From Paraspadella gotoi (Eukaryota; Animalia; Chaetognatha), in the NCBI GenBank assembly GCA_051294375.1, contig CM119267.1:21025755-21089754 (forward strand): a stretch of 64,000 bases of DNA. Direction: 5' to 3'. The notes beneath the pieces are model-generated. The model had not been told where the DNA came from. It saw only the letters and a program-made list of their open reading frames with translations, and did no database searches. A program made the translations under genes and the position numbers. Below are positions 41,072 to 52,427 of the stretch, piece after piece (position 1 is the first letter of the stretch; each line of letters begins with the position of its first letter).

Positions 41072-41701
41072 ACATCTGAATCTGCCCCCCTCCACCGAAT
41101 TCCGCTGCCAAATTTGAAACTCAAATATCGCTGAGAAGTCGGCGGGTGCCACTTTAAGAGGGGCACCCATATCGCTGAGAGGAATCGCACAATCTCAAGG
41201 ACGATCTCAATTTCTGTGAGTTTCGTTTACAATAGTTGGTCCTTACTTCATTCAATTTATTCAGTTTTGCTTCAAAAATTTTCGTTGTACTTTCGCTGCA
41301 CAACGAATATCGTTGCAAATTGTGGCTTTCTGAAATATTGTGAGACAAGTTTTTTATAAAAAAAATTCAAAATGGTTACCATCATGTTGGGCCAGATCAC
41401 TTTGATTCAATCTTCAACTTCTGAATTCTGATCTCGATTAAAGTAAATAAAATGTATTTTTCGTTACATTATTATCGTAAATACATGGGGAAAACTGAAA
41501 CTTTTGATCCAAAACAATAGGCCACTTTACTTCCGGAGTAGATTCACCATTAAATCGTAAATTATTAAAATAAGAAAGAGGACAAAGATATTCCCGACAG
41601 AAAAATAAAGTATGGCAGATCAAAATGTCGGTCTAGATGCTTCGTTGAAGACTCGACGATAGAGGAGGAAAGAAAAAAAAGGACAAAGCCTGCCATCTCT
41701 T

Positions 41702-41787
<86 letters not shown>

Positions 41788-42414
41788 GCCTATGTATGAG
41801 GAGGAAATTTTGAATAATTCTCATTTACAAACATGGAAACCCCGAGCGCGACCTGGAGGGTAGCCGCTGGCGCCGCCGCAGCCGCCGCCGATGTCGCAAG
41901 CCCCCAAAGCCACGCCGACTCCAGCGCCTCTCGCGGCGAGATTCCAAAACGTCTCTTTTTTTTTCCCTGCCTTGCGGAGTCGCCTCTAAATACTTTCTTC
42001 GTTTCTGGCGTCATTTCGTAGAAATGGAAATATCGCCGCAAAGCTGAGAGATATCGTCAAAGGCTTTTTCGACATTCCCACCCCGACGCACCCAACATCG
42101 CCCACTCGAGGAATTCCTTCGTTGCTACAACTTATCCCGATACGTTTTGCTCGTTTCGACTCCCGAAGGAACTAACGGAGAGACAACGACAACAAAAAAC
42201 AACCGTGGAACATTTTTTTTGGCGCTAAAAATGGCGGCGAAAAGAAAACATTCTCGTTGTTGTCGTCTTGTTGTTGTTTTGTTTGTTTTTTTTAAGTAAC
42301 GCACTCGGGCAAAAGTTATAATTTTAAAAAAAAAGTGATTTATATTCTACCTCGTACCTAATGAGAAGAATATGTCGAAATGCTCGCAGCTTGAATAATA
42401 TGCACATATATATC

Positions 42415-42471
<57 letters not shown>

Positions 42472-43041
42472 TTTCTCTCTTTCTCCGGCACTATCACGCC
42501 TAGAGATACACTCACAGAGACACACACACAGATATTCCATTCCCACTCATAAGCCCTATCTCGGGTAATAAATTGGAATCTCTCTGCCTTCTCTCGCTCT
42601 TTATTTCCATCCTTCCCTCTCTTCATTTTTCTTCTTCGGACGATTTCGATTCTGCCCGCTAGGCGGCGCTCGAGCTGTACATTCCGCGGCGGCTAAATTT
42701 GATTTTTGTCAAGACAAATGAACATCGCTCTGAAAAATTATATGTATGGTTTTTGAGAGGAATGGAGAGGATGAAAATATCGAGAATATATTTTATGTCA
42801 TAGTAATACAATTCTTTGTTACATTCTTCGAACACGATTGTTAAATTTTCTTAGTTATCATTTAGTTTGTAACCTGCTTCATGGTTTTATGTAACAATTT
42901 TTTCATGAAATAATCTACATGAATTGTTTTCAAATTCAAGTCAACTTTTTCCAATTTGCTTTTATTTTTCATTCTTTTTCATTTTGTTTTAATTCCTTTT
43001 ATCTTAAGCGTTGTTTTTCCTACTTATTGAATTAGCCCTCT
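38509..43041 (+). repeat. Duplicated segment 2, copy A (~4.5 kb)
   Basis: Colinear with 43671-48362 and ends at an N gap; 43052-43294 also repeats 49058-49344. Confidence 0.95.
39223..39483 (-). repeat. Dispersed repeat family A, variant with a different core
   Basis: Both ends match the reverse complement of 62902-63075; the middle ~130 bp is unrelated; second copy at about 44400-44663. Confidence 0.75.
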
Positions 43042-43117
43042 NNNNNNNNNNTTCATCGGCTATGGCTAGCTTTAGTCCAATAAATAAATGTTTCAGCGCT
43101 ATCCTCCACTCCTTCAG

Positions 43118-43163
<46 letters not shown>

Positions 43164-43463
43164 TTTATCCCATTTCTTTCAATTCCGAGTGATATCTTTC
43201 AATTCGCTTCCCCTTTCTTCTTTCGCATCGCTTTTATGCTTGGCTCGCTCGGCTTGCTTTGCTTGCTTTACTTGCTTGTTCTTTCGCGCGGTTCNNNNNN
43301 NNNNNNNNNNNNNNNNNNNTATTTATCGGCGGCCCCGATAAAATCCGGAGTCTTTCGTTGCCGGAGATTCACTCACCATAAAAAGATTCTATACTCCATC
43401 TCCTTTCGGATGGATGACTCTTCTGTCTCCTCTCTCTCTCTCTCTCTCTCTCTTCTCCTCTGT

Positions 43464-43520
<57 letters not shown>

Positions 43521-43670
43521 TCTCTCGTGTAAATGTCTAGTTTCGCGCGCGGGATGGGACCGCGGCGGTGATTTGTCTCTCGCACGCAGCAGTTTGACAT
43601 GGTTTTACAGTCGAAATCGTGAATTGTAATGCACGACGGAAGGAACGAATGCACCACATAATGCACCTAC

Positions 43671-43961
43671 TGATCTGTCTGTCTGTCTGTATCCGTCTGT
43701 CAGACTGGTCCCTTTCTGCTTTCTTTCTCTTTTCTGCCTATATCCCCGCATTACTCTCTCTCTCCCCCTCTCTCTCAGATGGTGGTCAAGCGAACTCACA
43801 CACCACATCCATGTCGTTCGATTCCGTTCAACCCCAACAAACAGCGACGTGGCTCAATGGATAGAGAGGAAGAATCGAGAACAATTTCGTGCCTAAGATT
43901 CCGCCCTTCAGGTCGGAGGTTGTCTAGCTGTTGCTGAGCTTTATCATTATTATTATTATTA

Positions 43962-43995
<34 letters not shown>

Positions 43996-45682
43996 TTATA
44001 TTATATTGTATTGTTATTGTTATTGTTATTCGTTATTATCATAGCAGATGGAACATGTAAACCAAAAGTGGATTTTATTCTCAGAATTTGGGACAGGATG
44101 GATTCAATACCAAATGGTCAGTGTATGTTATAAAATCAATGCGGGATCATCCGACACGGGCCTTTTTCCCCGATGGCATGATAGCCTGTCTTCTCATTGG
44201 TCAGTTCCAAGCGATGATTCATCATCAGAAGAGTCCTCGGTAGATTTCATCCGAGTGCGGATCCGATTCCATTTTTGGTTCCCGATTACATCAGCATGTT
44301 TTATTATTATTAATAGAAACCTTGCGCTTTTAGTTAATCAATCTTGGCTTTTTTCTTTCCTTATCACTTATTGTTTCCGTAGCGAAGCACTGAGAGCGTT
44401 AATAAACTAGACTGCGAGAGAGTCTTTGATTGAAACCTTTCAGGGTGTTCTATGTATAATCTTGTAAGAGAGATAAGAGCTGGTATCCGAGAGTAGGCCG
44501 GAAACCGGGAAAGGAGCAGGGCGTTAACCTGGAGGCCTTTTTTCAAAATGTAACATCGTGTAATATAACGCCATCATATTCTGTGTATATTTAAACGTAA
44601 ATACTAAGGTTTTTATTTAAACGAACGAATGGATAGTTTTATATTGGTTGTACTCATTTCATAAAGTCTAATTTCTTTATACTAATAGTAATACGTCCTT
44701 TTAAATACTTGTAATAAATTGAGATGAATTTAAACTAGATAAATAGGGTAGATAGCTCGGCCGTTCAAAATAGATCGCCGATTGAAATTGTAAACGACAA
44801 CAACGACGACGACAGACACGGACGAGCGAACACAAGCAACGACTCCATTTTCGATTTCCCCTCGCTTTAAGATCGGGCGCGTCGACCTTCGCCCCGCGCA
44901 CCTTCGTCGTCAGGCTTTCGAGCCGAGAAGAAGACGAGGAAAAGTTGTCGAGGATTTGGCCGGGAAGAAGATTCGGAGGAGGAAGGCCAGAGGAGGTGAG
45001 AGAGGGGGGTGGATGATGGATTGCATAATGAATTAATGAAGGAAATGATTGTATATAACTGAATTCGTGAATGCAATGAATGAATGAATGAATGAATGAA
45101 TGAATGAATGGAATGAATGAATGAATGAATGAATGAATGAATGAATGAATAGATGGATGGAGAAAAATAATAAAATAATGAAAGAAAAATTAATAATGAT
45201 TGGGATGACTCGATGAGTGAATGAAGAATAATGAATGAATGAATGAAGAATGAAGAAAAGTATGAAACGAAAGCAGAAATGGATAATTAAACTGATAAAC
45301 AATAAATAAATTAAAATAAATAAATAAATAAATAAATAACGATAATTAATAATGAATGGATGAATGAAAATGCAGATTTAAATGAGCCGAATGAACGGAG
45401 AATCATAGTCTGGGCACAGACCTATTTAAAATATTATAAATTAACTTACTTTTAAGTAAATATTTAGACACACATTTATATATAAATATACACATATGCC
45501 ACATAAAACGAAATTACTTTGTCTTTCTTAGGTGGGAAAATATTAACAGAATGAAACCGTCTGAAGGCGGAGGAGTAAAGTGGATCAAAACTGTCATTTG
45601 TTTTATTTTGTACGATCACGATGGAGTAAAAGAGAGAGAGAGAGAGAGAGAGAAGAGAGAGAGAAGAGAGAAGAGAGAGAGA

Positions 45683-45717
<35 letters not shown>

Positions 45718-46273
45718 GAGACAGGTCACTCTATTTCCTCCCAATCTTCAGGTTCTACGTCCTCGAAAACGAAATAAAGACACCGAAGAATTCGTCTGAA
45801 GGCGACGAAGACGATGACGGTTCCGAGGGCTCATGATCAGAAGTCCTGAGGATGTATCAATGACCAAGAGAGACGGACATACGGACTGAGATATGTAAGA
45901 CCCTTCTATGACTACATCGTAGCGTTTTAAATCTCTTGAAAGGGATTGTCGGACGGACGGAAAACATTACCGCCCTATCGGACGGTTACGTTAGTAAACT
46001 CGCATCGTAAAAATGCAATAATTATGGATAAAATCTCTTCTCAATTTTTAGAATCAAACGGATGCTTAATATTTATATACATACGTGTTGTCGAATAAAT
46101 GATCCTGAGAAAATTAACGAGATCTGACAAAGAAACGAGTTTAAAATCATTTTGTGTTTTAAATGCGTTTCACTTTTTTCTTATTTATTTTCACGAAAAA
46201 TAAAATAATTATTTTTTTAGTTTTTAAATTCTCTGAATGACAAGAGTTTAAAAGGGTTGACGAGCGAGAGTTG

Positions 46274-46329
<56 letters not shown>

Positions 46330-47016
46330 GAAAGAGAGAGAGAGAGAGACCATCGAATCTGCCCCCTCCACCGAATTCCGCTGCCAAATTTGAAAACTCA
46401 AATATCGCTGAGAAGTCGGCGGGTGCCACTTTAAGAGGGGCACCCATATCGCTGAGAGGAATCGCACAATCTCAAGGACGATCTCATTTCTGTTGAGTTT
46501 CGTTTACAATAGTTGGTTCCTTACTTCATTCAATTTATTCAGTTTTGCTTCAAAATTTTCGTTGTAGCTTTCGCTGCACAACGAAATATCGTTGCAAATT
46601 GTGGCTTTCTGAAAATATTGTGAGACAAGTTTTTTTATAAAAAAATTCAAAAATGGTTACCATCATGTTGGGGCCAGATCACTTTGATTCAATCTTCAAC
46701 TTCTGAATTCTGATCTCGATTAAAGTAAATAAAATGTATTTTTTCGTTACATTATTTCGTAAATACATGGGGAAAACTGAAACTTTTTGATCCAAAAACA
46801 ATAGGCCACTTTACTTCCGGAGTAGATTCACCATTAAATTCGTAAAATTATTAAAATAAGAAAGAGGACAAAGATATTCCCGACAGAAAAATAAAGTATG
46901 GCAGATGCAAAATGTCGGTCTAGATGCTTCGTTGAAGACTCGACGATAGAGGAGGAAAGAAAAAAAAGGACAAAGCCTGCCATCTCTTAGTCTCTCTCTC
47001 TCTCTTCTCTCTCTCT

Positions 47017-47084
<68 letters not shown>

Positions 47085-47709
47085 GCCTATGTATGAGGAG
47101 GGAAATTTGAATAATTCTCATTTACAAACATGGAAACCCCGAGCGCGACCTGGAGGGTAGCGCTGGCGCCGCCGCAGCCGCCGCCGATGTCGCAAGCCCC
47201 GAAAGCCACGCCGACTCCAGCGCCCTCGGGCGAGATTCCAAAACGTCTCTTTTTTTTTCCTGCCTTGCGGAGTCGCCTCTAATACTTTCTTCGTTTCTGG
47301 CGTCATTTCGTAGAAATGGAAATATCGCCGCAAAGCTGAGAGATATCGTCAAAGGCTTTTTCGACATTCCCCACCCGACGCACCAACATCGCCCACTCGA
47401 GGAATTCCTTCGTTGCTACAAACTTATCCCGATACGTTTTGCTCGTTTCGACTCCCGAAGGAACTAACGGAGAGAAACAACGACCACAAAAACAACCGTG
47501 GAACATTTTTTTTGGCGCTAAAAATGGCGGCGAAAAGAAAACATTCTCGTTGTTGTCGTCTTGTTGTTGTTTTGTTTGTTTTTTTTAAGTAACGCACTCG
47601 GGCAAAAGTTATAATTTTAAAAAAAAGTGATTTATATTCTACTACCTCGTACCTAATGAGAAAAAATGTCGAAATGCTCGCAGCTTGAATAATATGCACA
47701 TATATAATC

Positions 47710-47776
<67 letters not shown>

Positions 47777-48362
47777 TCTCTCTCTCTCTCTCTCTTCTCT
47801 CTTTGCTCCGCACTATCACGCCTAGAGATACACTCACAGAGACACACACACAGATATTCCATTCCCACTCCATAAGCCCTATCTCGGGTAATAAATTGAA
47901 TCTCTCTGCCTTCTCCTCGCTCTTTATTTCCATCCTTCCCTCTCTTCATTTTTCTTCTTCGGACGATTTCGATTCTGCCCGCTAGGCGGCGCTCGAGCTG
48001 TACATTCCGCGGCGGCTAAATTTGATTTTTGTCGACAAATGAACATCGCTCTGAAAAATTATATGTATGGTTTTTGAGAGGAATGGAGAGGATGAAAATA
48101 TCGAGAATATATTTTATGTCATAGTAATACAATTCTTTGTTACATTCTTCGAACACGATTGTTAAATTTTCTTAGTTATCAATTTAGTTTGTAACCTGCT
48201 TCAGTGTTTTATGTAACAATTTTTTCATGAAATAATCTACATGAATTGTTTTCAAATTCAAGTCAACTTTTTCCAATTTGCTTTTATTTTTCATTCTTTT
48301 TCATTTTGTTTTAATTCCTTTTATCTTAAGCGTTGTTTTCCTACTTATTGAATTAGCCCTCT
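43671..48362 (+). repeat. Duplicated segment 2, copy B (noisy copy of exons 11-14 of the 14-exon gene and downstream DNA)
   Basis: Colinear with 38509-43041, with many 1-nt indels. Confidence 0.95.
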
Positions 48363-48376
48363 GTCTATAACCACAC

Positions 48377-48408
<32 letters not shown>

Positions 48409-48497
48409 CTCTTCTTCTCTCTCTGCTCTCTCCATTTAATTTTTAATCGTTTTTCTCTCCTCTTCTTTCTTTTTTTTCTCCCGTATCACGGCTTTAG

Positions 48498-49074
48498 TAG
48501 GGGTAGCCGCACTCAATGGGGTGAGTCAAAAATTTTTTAAGAATACTTTCAATGGACAAAAAATTTCTAATATGGCTCTATACCCTAGTAATTAATTTTT
48601 AATATTTATTTATAGATAGGAAAAGGTCAAAAATTTTTTTTTGAATCTTTAAATTTTAAGACCAGATCAGATAGCTCATAAAAAGTTGTCTACACAAAGT
48701 ATGATTCTTTTTTAAATATTTTTACGATAAGTGTGTCAAAAATAAGAAAAACTGTAAAAAAATCATCATCATCGTCATCTTTCGATGATTTTTATCAGTT
48801 TTTTTATATTTTCACATAGAAAACGTAAGAATTTTTAAAAGCTGTAATTATATTTCTTGTTTAACTTTTTATGCTCTATCAGAATCCATCAAAAAATTTT
48901 AGAATTTAAAAAATATTTTTTGCTCTATATAGTAATATAATATTTTTTAATTAGGCGAGTACCTCAGCAAAGAAAGCATTTTGACAAAAAAAATATTTTA
49001 ATACCATATCTATGGTCATGATAGATTATTTTAACGCTGTATACATTAGCATTTAAATTCATCGCTTATGGCTA
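48498..49074. mobile_element. MITE-like element, independent inverted copy
   Basis: Reverse-complement homology to 21294-21838 over the full length; flanks are unrelated. Confidence 0.8.
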
Positions 49075-49136
49075 GCTTTAGTCCCAATAAATAAATGTTT
49101 CAGCGCTATCCTCCACTCCTTCAGAACACTCTCTCT

Positions 49137-49212
<76 letters not shown>

Positions 49213-50528
49213 TTTAATCCCATTTCTTTCAATCCGAGTGATATCTTTCAATTCGCTTCCCCTTTCTTCTTTCGCATCGCTTTTATGCTTGGCTCGCTCG
49301 GCTTGCTTTGCTTGCTTTACTTGCTTGTTCTTTCGCGCGGTTTCGTTTGTTTTCCTTCTGCTTCCCTTCCGGATTTATATATTTTTTTTTTTCATTTATT
49401 TGGCAGAGAGTACTTATGGTGAGGAATATCCAGCAACGAAGACTCCGGATTTATCGGCCGCCGATAAATCATTCCATCGCTGGGTGATTACCGGCGCCGA
49501 TGGTGATTATTAGTCCTGGGATAGGGAAGGGGTGAGGCATGGGGTAAGGAAGGGCTGAGGAATGTGGTAGGGAGGAGGTGAAGAAAATGGAGAACGAAAT
49601 AGAAAGTGACAAAAAGAGGAGGGCGAGTGGCTACTGCCTTTTATTTTACTTTAATAATTGCTATAATTTATATAGCTATTCTAATGGGCATCAAACGATA
49701 CATTATATATTAATAACAAAAACGATCTTAAAATAATTAAATAAAAATAACAAAAATTTCAAATAAAAATAACAGCGCAAAACACGGTAAACAAATAACA
49801 ACTATACTATACTAAAACTAAATGTTTCGTTGTTGTTTCTCGAATCGACTGAGAAAGAAGTGAGAAAATAATGTCAATTTTTCCATCAACCACTAATATT
49901 GGTCGGGGTCGCCGTGGATACGTCATGTCATCCTCTGCGTTTTCGGATTTGAGTTCGTCTTTGGTTGGCGGGTGTCGCTTGGTGTCTGTAAGATCATATT
50001 TTCGGTTTCTTAAACGGTTTCGGCGTCGGCAATGGCAGCGGCGTCGGACCCGGCGTCGCTCCCGGTTTCGGTTCCGGCGTCGGTCCCGGCATCCGCCAAG
50101 TGTCTCGTAAATCGGCGCCTTAACTATTAGCGAAAGTTAAAAATCTTGGGGAAAAATCGGGGGAATGCGGATGAGGGGGGGGGGGAAGGGCGAGTTAAAA
50201 GCTGGTGAGGTGCGTTGTGGAAGATAAGATAAGGTGGTTCAATTGCGGTGAAGTAGAAAACACAAGATCGATAATGTCGAAGAATTGTTGTAAATATCAA
50301 GGACATTAATAAGTAGGTTTTAGGAAATAGTAGCTTCGGGGAAAAAAAAGATGAAAAATTAATCGTGAAAACTGAAAAGCATCAGGCGAAAACGATGGAT
50401 AGAACTTAAAATGACCTTTGAGGGGCAGGTTAGCTTATATATCGAATGAATTGATAGTTTTCATCTTCTTTGTACTAATTTCATGACTGAGAATGACGGT
50501 TTTAGGAAACTGAGTAACTGACTGAATC

Positions 50529-50579
<51 letters not shown>

Positions 50580-51582
50580 GGAGAGAAGACATTTCCGGTC
50601 GCGTCGAAATTCCATCGTCGCCGTCGCCCAAATTCGCGAGCGGAATTCACTTACCCGCCCGACTCACCCTCTCCCGAGAGAGAGAGTGTGAGTGAGAGAG
50701 AGGCAGGGGTACCCTCAAATCCGGGTTCCGACGGGAAAAAGTTTCCGCCCGAAACTCACTTCGAAAGTGAAATTCACTCGAGCGGGAGAAAAGGACTCGG
50801 TGTGAAAGTGATTTTTCCGGCGAGAAAGTTTAAAAGAGAGAGAGAGAGAGAGAGAGTTTCCCTTTTCTCCGCCGCTTTTCATATTTTCAATGGGACCCGA
50901 GAACGAACGACCTCGGGTTGGGCCGATGAACTCTTTAAATTTGACTCTGTCTCACTAGTGGGGAGAGATTGCGAGAGGGTGGGGGTGTCCTTTTCCAATC
51001 GTTTGGAATTAAATTCTAAAAATGGGCCGACGCGAGATTTTTAGTTGAATGACACTTGTATAGGCATTTAATTAATTGCCCTGTTTTGACATTAGACCAA
51101 GTCTTGTTTGATGTAATTTTCTGGACTTGATCAATAATGTAGAATTCGAAATTTAACGCATATAGAAAAAATGCGAAAAAAAAAGATCGGTTCATCCAAT
51201 GTGTTGCGCTGCAGTGACTTTATTTCCACGTGTATTTCCCTGTGGTCACATGACTACATATAATGACATAACTACATGACTACAATAACTTTCGGGTATT
51301 TATGACAAGCACAGCATCGGAATTCCGTCTTTTATTCTTTATAGTCTTAGGATTTCCTGAAGGCAGCGCTAGTAGTCACTTATATTTGAGGATTTTATTT
51401 CAAAATTTTTTTTCTTTACCTCCTTTTCGATTCAGATATCAATAACCCTCTTTCAAGGCTCAGTAATCATTTCGGGACGTTACTCTCCTAAACTTTTTTT
51501 CAATTGCCTTGTTCTCCCAAGACGATTTGAAATCATCGAATATTTTTTAATCAATTTGAAAATAAGCTACGTATAAGAAGAA

Positions 51583-52031
51583 ATGCGCTCGAAAACATTT
51601 CTCGCCGTGTTTCTGCTCGTGGTCCTGGTTGCGCCCACGACTGACGCCTTAAGAAAGTATCGATTCGGTCAGGGGATGTCGCAAATCAGACGCGGTTCCA
51701 GGTCCAGGACCAGGTCGCGATTAGGCCGAGATTTAGGTAATTATGTAAACTAAAGTAATTAAATTTGCGTTTAAATAATTCGCTTTGTGTTTTTGTCAAT
51801 AAAGGAATTTTTTAAAGAATGTTAGCGCACGTTTATTTTTTGACAAAATTTTAAATGAAATAAAATATTAATAGGATTTTATGATACCAAGCTCTTAACG
51901 TGGTCCAGTTTTAAACCCTCCCTCCCAATGTCATCAACGCAGAGGCTGTGGAACAAAGGGAATACGTCGACTTCATTTTCGACAACAAAGTCGACGATGG
52001 CGGCGACGACGATGACGACGACGACGATTAG
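51583..52031 (+). CDS. 80-aa secreted cationic peptide precursor (antimicrobial-peptide-like layout); exons 51583-51736 and 51943-52031
   Basis: MRSKTFLAVFLLVVLVAPTTDA-LRKYRFGQGMSQIRRGSRSRTRSRL-GR-DLEAVEQREYVDFIFDNKVDDGGDDDDDDDD*; phase-1 GT-AG intron; AATAAA near 52333. Confidence 0.8.
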
Positions 52032-52427
52032 GGCATGAAATTCGTTTTGAATTAATTATTTTTCAGTTTGTTGATAATCAAATTTTGAGTCAGAAACTTC
52101 ATGCACTTCAATATGGCATCTCTTAAAAATTGTAATTATTATTTATTCAAATTGGACCGTTTGTTTATGCCGTTTATTTTTAACTGGATCGAACGATGTT
52201 GACGTTCGCGGCGAGAAACGTTAATGAAATTTGACGAAGATCAAACTCGTCTATTACAGCCGAAAGAATTTATTTGACTGTTAATATGAACTAATGGTTT
52301 TTACTTGTTAAAATGAACAAATTTTTTTTCTCAATAAAATCGACGAAGAAAATTTTAAAAAAGTTTTACTTCTTAAAAATAGATTACGAAAGATTTTAAT
52401 CTGACAAAAAAGATTTGATTAAAAAAC

